Shown piece by piece: positions 36,548-48,700 of a stretch of DNA of 64,000 nt. Numbering within the stretch: position 1 is the first letter of the stretch; each line of letters begins with the position of its first letter. This DNA comes from Leucoraja ocellata (Eukaryota). The stretch is from the NCBI GenBank assembly GCA_036785375.1, contig JAWMAR010000102.1:4030001-4094000 (forward strand). The letters are read 5' to 3'. The notes below the pieces were generated by a model that did not search any database, had not been told where the DNA came from, and saw only the letters and a program-made list of their open reading frames with translations. A program made the position numbers and the translations under genes.

Positions 36548-37762
36548 GTATGTCTATTGTTTAATCTTAACTTAGTCAGTGCCTGATGCCAATTGTAGAA
36601 ATCTGTTCATTTTGGAAAAGGTTTTGTTCTGGTTAATTTCTATCTGTTACTGAAGTGATACATTTTGTCTACCTAACACATATTGCCATTTGTGTTCGTG
36701 AAAATTTGCCCAAAGAAAGCTGTGAAGTGCTTTAAAGTTCAGATCACTTCAGATAAAGTTCAGATGAAACCAAAGAACTCTTCCAGAATAATTTTTCAAA
36801 ATTTATCTCGTCATCCAGGGCGATTCCAAGGTTATGTATCTACCCTTGCTAGCTTCAGTTGTTGGGAATGACCCATTGCTTCTAATTGCAACTAATTTAC
36901 TGTTAGCAAAGGGGCCGTTTCCATTGTATGAGAGAGCCACTTCAAAGTCATCCAGCCGCAAGAAATTGCATTTTGATTCTACACATACCTGTTGGCCCCC
37001 CCCCCCCCCCCCCCGGTCATGACTGATCATGGATGATGCATCGTAATTGTTGGCCGCTTGCTCCAAACCTCGGTCTTAAGTTTCATGTAACTTAAGACAT
37101 TATTATTAACCTGTTTGATTATATACAAGTGCTGTAGTGCATTATTTCAAAATTGATAAATGGAATCAAAACACAAATAGCTGGAGTAACTCAGCAGGTC
37201 AGGCAGCATCTGTGGAGGGAATGGATAGATGACGTTTCTTCAGTCTGATTGTAATGGGGAGAAAAGGGGTGGGGGTGGGACAAAACTAAGTGATAGGTGA
37301 ATGCAGGTGAGGGTGTATTGATTGGCAGATGGGTGTAGTAAGTGGCAATGGTTTGACATGAAAAGAAGACAAAAGGTGTCGGATAAGGAGATAAATGGGA
37401 GGACTGGAATTTCAAAAAGATTTGCTTCTGTGGTCAAATCCTTGTCACAATTTGCCCATTCATTCCGACAGGATTGAATTGGATTGAAAACCAATTCAGG
37501 TTTTTCAGGCATTGTTTAAAAACATTCTAAATACTAACTTCTATTTGGAAATATTGGTTGAAATATAACGTGTATATAATGACCCAAATAAATGTTGATA
37601 CCTGTTTGTCTGGGCTGTGAAGAACAATGGTGAAGTATTGTTATTGTAATCACAGAGAACTTTCAGAAGAAGGCACTGTGGGCTTTGACCTCTTAAAATT
37701 TGATATTTGGAACTCTATCTGCGAAGGACGAGAGTTTTGTTCATATTTACCCCTTGTTGTAG

Positions 37763-37912
37763 AGCATGCACTCTGATCTGTCAGGTGGCCCAATTACCTT
37801 GCAGGAATACATGGAGGTGAAAAACGCCCTCAGTGCTTCCGAGGCAAAGGTGCAGCAGCTGATGAAAGTGAACAGCAACCTGAGCGATGAGCTGCGTCTG
37901 ATGCAGAAGAAA
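37763..37912 (+). CDS. GIT2: GIT2 coding exon 14 (coiled coil)
   Basis: ttgtag|AGCATG...AAGAAA|gtaaga; SMHSDLSGGPITLQEYMEVKNALSASEAKVQQLMKVNSNLSDELRLMQKK; 150 nt. Confidence 0.95.
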
Positions 37913-39726
37913 GTAAGAGACCTTTTTAGCCTCTCCTTGTAGAACTCGATAATATCCAGTTAGAACTCGGGAGTAACTTCCGTGAGTTCATATTCCTATA
38001 CGGATCATTTTAACAAAAAAAATTCCCATTATTAAATCTACATTTTGGAGAAGTCGGGAGGGCAGGATAGAAATTGGAGTGCTTTTTTCCAAGCACAGCT
38101 TCAGATATTAAGTCTGTATGTAGTATTTCACTGCCCTTCACATTTCTCACTGTTTTTCTGCTTTTTTTGGCTTGGTCCCTTGGCCTGCTACTCTTAAAAC
38201 TCTATTCCTTTTGTTTAAACTTGCTGCTTCATTGCTGCACTCCATCCTTGGCATTGCCCAATAGTTAATGTAGGTTCAAACAGATCAAAGTTTTGTGTAT
38301 GTTGTAAGATTAAATTGAAGTTGGGGCGGTTTCAATTAATTTTGAAACAATGGTACGAGTGAGTACTGGGGAATAAGGTCATAAGTGATAGGAGAAGAAT
38401 TAGGCCATTCGGCCCATCAGATCTGCTCCTCCATTCAATCATGGCTGATCTATCTCTCCATTCTTCTGCCTTCTCCCCATAACACCTGACACCCATACTA
38501 ATCAAGAATCTCTATCTCTGCCTTAAAAATAAGGGTGCTATTCTGTTGGGATGGACTCCATGGAAACCAGTTGAATGGGAAACCATGCAGTATATGGAGA
38601 TTTCAACTAAGAGAAGTGGACATGGCTCAAGTGAGGATAATGTAAACTTAAAATGATAACCCAAAGTGTAAAATAACAATTTGGGTAATAGGCAGGGTGC
38701 GGCAAGCAAGGAAGTGAGTTTCAGTCATTGTTTGGAAAGCAAAATTGCATCGAGGAACAATGGCATTGGGTTAGTGTAGGAAGGAGCTGCAGATGCTGCC
38801 ATTTGGTTAAATTGATGAGGCTTATCATAATGCATGAAGCTTTCATAGCTCGATGACTTAATGGCACAAATAGAGATTAATGACTGATTCATTAAATACC
38901 TATTATTGTGACATAGTTGAATGCTGACCAAGGTTGGCAGGCATATTTTCCAGTGTGTCTGACATTTAGAAAGGACAAATAAAATGGAAAGGCACTGGAA
39001 AGGGGTGGGGCATGTATAGCCCTGAATGTAAGGAATGATACGGTAGCAGGAGTGATGATGAATGATCATGGTTTAAAAAAAAAAGACAAGGCACAAACCA
39101 GTAGGAGTAGGGGTTCTGTATCAATAGGACATGAGCTTGTACCAAAGAGAATATACACGTACCTTTCAAAAGGTGACGAGGAGGAAATTATTTAGTCAGA
39201 GGGCGGTGAATCTGGAATTCATTGCCACAGACAGCTGTGGAGACCAAGTCGTTGGGTATCTTTAAGGCAGCGATCGACAGATTATTGATGAATAAGGGTG
39301 TCGAGGGTTATGGGGAGAAGGTAGGAGAATTGGGTTGAGAGGAATAGATAGATCAGTCGTGATTGAATGGCGGAGTAGTTTCGATGGGCCGAATGACCTA
39401 ATTCTCCTCCTGACAGAGGAACTTATGGATAGTTATTATGGGTGTCTTTCATCTGGACTAGGAAAAAAGATAACCTCGTCAAAAAGTGTTAGATGCTCAT
39501 AGAACATTCAGACTTTTTCTGGAGCAGTATGTCGTGGAAACAGCAAGGAACAGGCTATTTTAAATATTGTATCATATAAAGTAAGACAAAATTACTTAGT
39601 AAACCCATGGTAAGAGCTCCTCTTTTTTAATGATTATATTGTGGGATACCAAATTGGAAAATTACAAAGAGATATGGGTGGGAAGGAGTAAAAAAGTATT
39701 TGCCTTTTTATGATTAGAACATAGTT

Positions 39727-40040
39727 GGGCGACTTAGTGGCCCAGCGGTAGAATTGCTGCCTTGCACCTCTTGCAGCGCCGGAAACCAGGGTTCAATCCC
39801 GACTACGGGTGTTGTCTGTACGGGGTTTGCATGTTCTCCCCGTGACCTGTGTGGGTTTTCTCCAAGATCTTCAGTTTCCTCCCACACTCCAAAGATGTAC
39901 AGATTTGTAGGTTAATTGGCTTGATATAAGTATAAGTTGTCCCCAGTGTGTGTGGGTACGATAGTGTTAAAGTGCGGGGATTGTTGGTCGGTGTGGGCTG
40001 AATGGCCTGTTTCCACGCTGTATCTCTAAACTAAACTAAA
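39727..40040 (+). mobile_element. tRNA-derived SINE (HE1/V-SINE-like)
   Basis: GTGGCCCAGCGGTAGAATTGCTGCC...GGGTTCAATCCCGACTACGGGTG...CTCTAAACTAAACTAAA; further copies at about 16240-16430, 43802-44120, 54578-54880, 56472-56570. Confidence 0.85.
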
Positions 40041-41937
40041 CAACATGATGATGGGGAGAGGAATAGCTGAAGGTTTTATATTAAGTAAGATGGTTCTCCG
40101 ATGTGAAAAGATGAATCATGTGTTATGCATATTTAAATATTGATTGATCCAACTGAATTTGTTTGTAGCTCTTTGCCTGTAATTTATTTGTTGCATAGTA
40201 AAACTGCTTGAGATGTTATGGTTATTATGGAGATTCTAATCACTCAGAGAAGGCAGATCAGGAAGTGAAATCTCAGAAGTGATAATTCAGTGTGTGTTTA
40301 ATAATTAATTTTGGTCTGACCCAGATATAATCTGTTCAGTAGCCTGTAGCTCAGTAAAGGAAGTAATTCAATAACCGTTTTACAATGGCTGTCGGATAGT
40401 AGCAAGATCTTAAATTACTCCATGTGCAGTTGATGCTAGTAACGGAAGCTGTTTGCAGTCTCTCTGAAGAGTAGAGGGAAGAAACTTGATCAGTTTGGCT
40501 CAGTGATTCATGAAAATGGCAGGGTAGTTTAAAGGGAATAGAATGACATTTCCAATCTGATCTGCAGTTTAAAAAAAAAAAAAGAAATTAGCATATAACA
40601 GTTAACCTTGATGATTTCCTTTCCCTTGTTACAAATACGTTGTTGTAATTTCATTTTCAGTTGTGTCAGCAATCAAAAATTAACCCAGCAAGAATTATCA
40701 TTAAATTTAACTTTTATCTGCCTTATTTGGTCCCATTAACAAACTAATAAGGACGCAAAGTGCTGGAGTAACTTGGCGAGTCAAGCAGCATGTCTGTAGA
40801 ACATGGCAGGTGATGTTTCATGTCAGGAAGTTTTGTCTAATAAGTTGTAACTGAAAGATCTTTAGATTTTTTTTTTTAAGTGTGAAATATTTGTATAAGA
40901 GTTGAACAATCTACACAATTATTTAGAAGAGAAGTAGATCCTTCAAGGCACAAAATAATCCTTGATTATATTTATTAATTTATTATAATGTACTGGAAAA
41001 TAAAAGACCTCTAAAGTGCAAAATCATCTTTTTAATTGGACCAAGATGCCATATCCCAACACAATCTCTGCCTAAATTGAAAACAACTTTTTTTGTCATT
41101 AATTTAATCTATTAATCTGTAATCTATAATCTATTGTATCTGCAAAAGTTATTTGGGTGGCAGCTGAAATAGTTTGTATTTAAATAGTGTCTCTTATCCC
41201 CTCGCACAGTGCAAAGCACATCACTGAATTTTAAATATAAACAGTGGGTGGATTGTGTAACCTTGCCCAAATGGCCATATTCTCTACTTTTGCATAGAAA
41301 TAAACTGCAGATGCTGCTTTATATCAAAGTTAGACACAAAGTGCTGGAGTAACTCAGTGGGTCGGGCAGCATCTCTGAAGTAAAAGGATGGGTGACATTT
41401 CGGGTCGTGACCCTTCTCTTGACTGTGTGACATTTCGGGTTGGGGCCTTTCTTCAGACTACCGTGACGTTTTGGGTCGGGGCCCTTCGTGATCCCTTTTC
41501 TCCAGAGATGCTGGAACCTGTGAAACCTGTAACTTATCAATACCTAATAAACCATTATCAGCTTTGTATATTCTAGATGCCTTTTGTATCTGTATCTTTA
41601 TATATCAAGATGTAAGCAGCTCTCTACACAGCAGTAAGAAATGCTGTCATTTAATCCAGTCCCGTTGCCGTTGCATGGGCAGAGTAAAGAGCAAACCATT
41701 CCACGAATTATTGCTTTCACCAATTCAGCTTCCTTGCATAACTCGTGCTTTAAGGAGTAAAAGGGCTTAGTACAATTTATGCTACTGTAGTTAATATTCT
41801 GCACATGTTTATTATTTCAGAATGCCTCTTGTCCAAATTATTACACTATATTTGGCACTTTTAATGGAGTTTTTTTTATTGAAGGTATCCATTTATCTCA
41901 GTTCCAGTGTGTGTATATATATACTCTACATATATAC

Positions 41938-42178
41938 TCTACAGTATCTTTTTGTGACTTGCATTAAATTCTCAATACATGTAAATAGCTGTCTGCATAC
42001 ACACCTCCACAAATATATATATATATGTATAATATATATATATATTTGTTTGTTTGTTTAAATAGATCTGAATCTTGATGTATTGAGAATAAAGAAAGAT
42101 ATACTGTGGAGGTGTGTATGCAGACAGCTATTTACATGTATTGAGAATTTAATGCAAGTCACAAAAAGATACTGTAGA
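41938..42178. repeat. Perfect 74-bp inverted repeat with a 93-bp AT-rich spacer
   Basis: 41938-42011 is the exact reverse complement of 42105-42178 (checked by eye). Confidence 0.92.
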
Positions 42179-42290
42179 ATAATTAATGCTGCAGCTTCAC
42201 ATTTATTCATTTGATGACTATAAATTGCTGCTTTTAAACTGTGCTCTTTAATGTTATCTTGCTCTTTTTTAAATTGTATTGTACCTTCAG

Positions 42291-42302
42291 ACAGAATTCA
42301 TG
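42291..42302 (+). CDS. GIT2: Candidate 12-nt alternative microexon of GIT2 (TEFM)
   Basis: Pyrimidine-rich tract with TGC motifs, then cttcag|ACAGAATTCATG|gtgagt; phase 0/0 between exons 14 and 15; no transcript evidence available. Confidence 0.45.
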
Positions 42303-42497
42303 GTGAGTGTAAGCAGATCAGTCCGTGCTTTTGCTCCGCCTGCCTAATTGTGCATCTGCTCTATCTGTGTCTGACTCGGTCGGTATAGGCCCATTTCCTT
42401 TATAACATGCACAGTCCACTTTGCGGAGATCACCAAAAAATATTCCAGCTTGATTTGATGTGAGAAAGGATGATTGGTTGAAAAACATTTCTTTCAG

Positions 42498-42746
42498 CTC
42501 CAAACGTTGCAGAGTGAAAACACCACCCTCAGGCGGCAGGTCACTACGAATATCTATCAAGTTCCCACCTGTCCAGAGTACCCAGGTCCCTCCAATCCTT
42601 CATCCTTAAAACGGCGCCCGTCCGCACGTGGCAGCCGGCCTATGTCCATGTACGAAACTGGCTCTGGTCAAAAACCCTATCTCCCACTGGGGGACGTCAC
42701 CTACACAAAGGACAGTATTGCAGGACTTCAGCCCTTCCCTCAACAT
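42498..42746 (+). CDS. GIT2: GIT2 coding exon 15 (central, alternatively spliced region)
   Basis: tttcag|CTCCAA...CAACAT|gtaagt; LQTLQSENTTLRRQVTTNIYQ...KRRPSARGSRPMSMYETGSGQKPYLP...LQPFPQH; 249 nt. Confidence 0.95.
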
Positions 42747-45700
42747 GTAAGTAATTCACCATCAGCTCTGGTAAGCAACTCGTGCTTTTGTTCTTCCTTC
42801 TCCTTTTGTGCTAAGTTCTGACCTTTCCTTTGCAGCTTGCCAAATGCTGTCTTGATGTCTTCATACCTTTCTCCTACTATTTCAGTTTAGTGCAAAGCTA
42901 AGATTTTTTTTAATGAATAATGTCTGGAAGAATAAAAATGACACCTAGGTCATGTTAACCTTTTTGTCCTAAACCTTTTTCCATTTTATTATTTCAGGAC
43001 TTGTGCTAACATACTCATTGTAATTTCAAGAAATTAAAGACTGATAGACCTTCAACTAACTTGATTCGACCAGATGCTAACAGAGGGGGAAAAAAGAAAA
43101 TGTCTGCTTGAACCACTAAATGGCATACAAGTATTATAAAACCGTGTTCTTAAAACAAGCAGATTACCTACAGCAGAGTAAAGTTAAATTTTGTCATGTT
43201 TCATTTTGTGTGTACACCACGAATGGCAACATTGACCGTGTAAGACCAGGTGCATCTCGATGCCTTGCCTGGTCTATGGCAATTTATCAGCTGGATTGTT
43301 GGAATTCAACTATCCCTTGGCTGGGGGAATGTGGGGTGAGGGTTACTGTCTCATCCTGTTGAGCACTGATGCTGGAGGCTCTGTACATTGTTTTTTGGGG
43401 TTTTTTTAGGTGAGGATTGAATTGGGCTTGGCTATTCTGCTCTCTGTGATTCCAATCATTGCAGATAATCTGGCTCGCACCTTGAGTATGTTCCTGCACT
43501 ATTTCCACAGCCATAGCTTCCAAAATCAGACATGCCTCGCTGCTATGGGCAACTTTCAAAGCAAGGTGGTCTCAAGTTAGAACAAAGTGTTGGCATAACT
43601 TTTTATTTCTGTAGAGTTAGTCCAGCACTTCCTTGTCTGTTTTTTGTGGAGTTACACCAGCACTTTATCTTTTTTTTGTAAACCAGCATCTGTAGTTGAT
43701 CCGCGAGTTGCCATGTTCTGAGGCCCAGTCCCCATATGATTCTGATGGCTTTTTGAACATTTTTTTATCATTGTTTCCATCTCGGATCATATGAGACATT
43801 TGTGGCGGAACAATGGTAAAGCTGCTGTCTTACAGAGCTAGAGATCCGGGTTTGATCCTGACTACGGGTGCTGTCTGTACAGAGTTTGTACGTTCTCCCT
43901 GTGATCGCGTGGGTTTTTTCCCGGGTGCCCTGGTTTACTCCCACACTCCAAAGATGTACAGGTTTGTAGGTTAATTGACTTCGCTAACCAAAAATTGTAA
44001 ATTGTCCCTAGTGTGTAGGATAGTGTTAATGTACGGGATACTTGCTGGCCAGCGTGGACTCTGTGGGGCTGAAGAGCCCGTTTCCGTGCTGTGTCTCTAA
44101 AGTCTAAACTAAAGTCTAAAAATGTAAAAGCAGTTGAGGTATATCTTAATTTTTTTTAATGAATAAATTATAAGTTAAAATAACTTTGAAAAGCACATTT
44201 ATTTGGTGTAAATTTTAAGATATTAATTAAAATAAAGAAATGGACCAAACTATTTACTTTCATTTATCTGTTCAATGCAGGTGAGTGATCTTGTTCAAAG
44301 TGAAGTGGCTGTGCTAGATACACTGGCTACGGCTAGCATGGAGTTGAGGTGTAGGGTACGAAGTATATCTGCCCCTTAGCTTAGTGTGATCGTGGAATAG
44401 CCACTGGACTTGGCAATGTGCAGGCACTGAAGCCCAATGACCCCTAAATTCATAATCTTAAATTACGTTTTAAATTTGCAGAATCAAGTGACCTTGCCGG
44501 CAGTTCTCTTCCAAACCATTTGGAAAATGCAAGTACCTTTCAACCTCTCGGCAATAATTATTTGGGCAAGGTTCCAGAATCAGTGCTCAGGAAGGTGGGC
44601 ACAGAAATGGAGATGGCTGTAGATGTGAAAATATATTTTGCACAGCTTCAATTTTATCAATTTAAACATTTTGAAAGTAATATTGCATCTGAAACAAAAT
44701 CCATCCCTTGAATTGCCTTATTAAATCACTTAATTGGAGTTTTTTTCATTCAGTATCTCAAAAATACACAGTTATTCTTTCAATCTCAAACTTTGGAAAA
44801 TATTTCCAATTTGACCAGTTATGTAATTATACCAAAGATGTATTTGGAGGTTTAAGATCTTCTAGGTGTCAGTTTTATTGGTGCCACTGTTCATTCCATT
44901 ATGTTACAGGTTGGATTCCTTCCACACATCGGCTTTGTTAGACTCATTATATCAGTGTTTAAACAAGAAAATCAATGTGTATATATTGGTGATTTTACTC
45001 TTTTTGCATGGTCAATTTTTTTTTTTTACATTTTTAACCTGAGTTTTAGAATTTCAAAAATGGATACCATTTTGTTTGTTTTTAGATTTGCCTTTTAGAG
45101 TATAGTAGTGCAAAGGAGGAGTTGGTAGTGTGAAAGAGGTGTTTATCTTAAAATATCTTGATAATACTGCCTGCCTTTTTCGTTATCTGCTGAAAGACAT
45201 GCTCTCTCATACAACATAACTCTTGTCCTCCCTGTACAGAGTAAGAACATTGTTCCCCTAAATCTGACCCAAGCAAAATTTAGCTGTTTCAGTCATTGTT
45301 CAGATTCTAGTTTTAATTGCCAACCAGTTACAGAATTTATTTTCCACGGAAAGGTTGGAGTCTCAACAAACTTTGAATTTAAACAATTAACAACCCCTCT
45401 CCCCTCCCACATTTAGCAATGTTGGAAATTTTACTTTGCAGAATTCTGTACCAATTTCAAATAATTATGAGACCATCTGGTCTTGGGAGTGGGATGGTGA
45501 GAACATTTGGCCCATTTAGACCATGTATGATCTTTGAGTGAATTTGACGTCCCTGCATTTGCACCACAATTTTCTCTACCATATGCCAAATTGGGGTAAG
45601 GATAGAACCCTAAGAAATTGAAGCAGGAACAGGCTATTCGGCCTCTTGTGCCTGCTCTTCCATGCTGTGGGTCACAGGTGATCTTTTATCCCAGTACCAC

Positions 45701-48700
45701 AATACTGCACCAACTCCATATCCCCAAATTCCCTGATATCTAAAAATAAATGGATGTCTTGCTTAAATAGGTGGGCTGTTTGTCCCGCTTAGGGAAAGAA
45801 TTCCAGAGATTCTTTACTCTTTGGGTGTAAAACTTTCTTCTCATTGTAGTAGTGAATGGCAATTTTTCAGATTGTGGCCCTTGGTTATAGACACCCCAAC
45901 CAGGGGAACTAACAGCCCTGCATCTGTTAGGCTCAAAACAATAGTTCCTGTGCCTCTCATTCCTGCAAATGGCAGAACAATTTAGGTCCATTGAACTCAC
46001 AGGACAATTCCTCCATCCCAGGACTCAATGACGTAATCCTTTGTGTCCCCATTGCAAAAATGTCACTCCATAGATGGGAAGACTAAAACAAAACTGAGTT
46101 TTTGTATATTTAAATATTTTTTTACGTTCCTAAAATAGAAAGTTCCATTGGCATTGTTGGGTAAAATTAAGTTAGCATGGGCAATCTCTTCCAAATTGTT
46201 ACTAAAATTGAATGCTTCACTTGAACCTGTCTGAACTAGAGGTAAATATATTTAAATGACTGAATCTATCCTCCTGATTTTTACTTCGTAAAATATATTT
46301 TTGTTGGTTTATTAAATAACAATTCAATGTAAATGGCCAAATGTGTGTCTGCCTTAGTCATAAGTTTAATTTTACAAGTTGCACATAGGATTATTTTTCC
46401 ATGAAGTCTTGTTACTTTTAAATATTGACTTGTTAACTTATTTTCTGTGTAGGTATGCCAAGTAACAACCTTAAAACAAGAATTGTACTAAACATGATAT
46501 TTGAATATGAACATTGAAAAAAAATGTACCTTGTAAAGTAGAATTAGTTCTATTGGTCATTGTTCCTTTACATCTATTCATCTAATATCTATACATTAAG
46601 CTGCATATCGAATTTGCTTTTCTTGATACTTCACTAGTTCAGGATCGTCCTGCAAGTAATGAAAATCCTTAGTTCTTCTTTAACACAATCTACCTTCTTT
46701 AACCTCTGTCCTGCTTCCTGTTCTTGCATCTCCAAAAATGGACCAGTGTCTTTTGATGGGTCTGAGGCAGTTATTTCTATTAGTACCAGGACATATAGGC
46801 ATTTTTTTTTTTTTACAGGTAGCAGGTGCACTTAGGTCAGGCCTGTCTTTCAGTCGGAATCCCTTTGTTCCAACAGCGGCCTCCACTGTGATATTTGCGT
46901 TCTCCAAAGACCTCTGGGTCCTGAGATAATTTGCAGACCCTCCCATTCAGTAACTGGATCACCGAAACCCAGATTCGTACAAGAACAATTGTCTTGTGTC
47001 TGAACAAGAAGCTTGGATTTTGTTCTCTGGATTTTATTATCCAAAGAAATGACAGCAAACAAGAGGAGGTTTCTCCAGGATTAACTGAAAATGAATCAGA
47101 ATGAATTGTTGCATTGGAACAGACATAGGATGCATGATATAAATTCTTCATATTTTTAGATCCAGTCACTTTGATTTCACCACATTAAATTACTGCATTG
47201 ATTTATGCTGGAAAACCACCTTCTGAGTCAGGTGTTTAGGTTTCCCTTGCAGCACTAACCACATTCTTTGTCACTTGTAGAGTTATGGAGCAACACTGGT
47301 CCTTCCGTCCAACAATTGTCAACCACCTATTTAAAATAATCCTGCATTAATCCCATTTTTAATTCTTCCCACATTCTCATCAACTTCCCACACTATCCTA
47401 CTAAGGACAATTTACAGTAGCCAATTAGCCAACCAACAACATATCGGTTTGTAGGTTAATTGGCTTTGGTTTAAAAAATCTTAAATTGCCCCGAGTGTGT
47501 AGGATAGTGCTAGTGTACAGGTGATCACTGGTAACAGAGACTTTGGTGGGTCGAAGGACCTGTTTCCGTACTATATCTCTCAAATCTAAAGTAAAATCTA
47601 AACAGTCCTCCAGTCACAGCCATTTTTGGTTTGAATTTATCTTTTCCCGCTGGGATCCCATGGGATTAAACCTTTTGACCAGCCGACCCCATGAAATCTT
47701 GTTAAAATCCCCGTAGTCTATCTCAAACATCGTGTTCACTGACTTTCCTTGTTACTTCCTTTAAAAAGAATACAACTGTTAGTTAAATATAACCATCCAT
47801 GCCAACCTATGGAAATGAATTGCCTATCATATTTCCAAGTTTTCTGATGCAACAAGACTAGTAGAATTCTGAGTAGAGAGGGCAACGTTACAGAGGCATC
47901 GAGGGGATACAGGAATGCGATGCGGGTGGGCAAGAAAGTGACAGATGCATTACAGTGTAGAAAAATATGAGGTCATTCACTTGATCACAAAAGCAATTTT
48001 TAAATTTTTTTAATTTTTTTTAATGGTGAACGATAAGAAATGTCTAAAGTGAATCTCGGCATCCTGTATATATTCTAGGTTTCAGTAACTCGTTGGCGCA
48101 CCAAGCAATTAAGAAAGCAAATGTTGGCCTTTGTTACTAGTGGATTTGACTTCAAGAGTAAAGTGTCTTGCACCCTGCATAATTGCTTTGAAACTCCACC
48201 CAGAACTATATTGTGCAACTTTGATCTCCTTATCTACAATATATATATACTTGCCATAAGTATATAGGTAAAAGATTCACTAGGCTGGTTCCTGGGAATG
48301 CATACTTGCCACAGGAGAACAGATTGAGCAAGAGGATTCGGCTCGAAGGCCATTCGGCTCGAAGGGCTGAACGGCCTACTCCTGCACCTATTTTCTATGT
48401 TTCTAGGATGAAAAAGGATTTTATTGACTCAAACAGAATCATTCAGGGCTCGATAGATTGGATGCAAGATGGATAATCATCACAGATCAGTCTCGGGGTA
48501 AAGAGTGGGCCATTTTGTACACTCAGAAGATGATGATTTTTTTGAAATTACTGACCTGTGAAAACATTGAGTGCATTACAAACAAATAATACATTTCTGT
48601 TGAAAGGAAATGAGGGACCTGTGGATAGTTTAAGGAAATTGTGCTGAGATACAAGAGAAGCATGATCGTGCATGATTGGTAGAGCAGACAGTAGTTTTGA

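Noticed and set aside
39727-39810. tRNA genes
   Set aside because: The tRNA-like A/B boxes are SINE heads followed by a conserved core and tail; they do not form complete cloverleaves.
37913-42290. Mammalian GIT2-short type terminal exon
   Set aside because: I looked for a short terminal exon after MQKK and did not recognise one. Absence is not proven.
46800-46929. Alternative terminal exon after a T-run CAG (VAGALRSG...)
   Set aside because: The acceptor-like signal derives from a simple T-run; there is no recognisable homology, and no evidence beyond chance.
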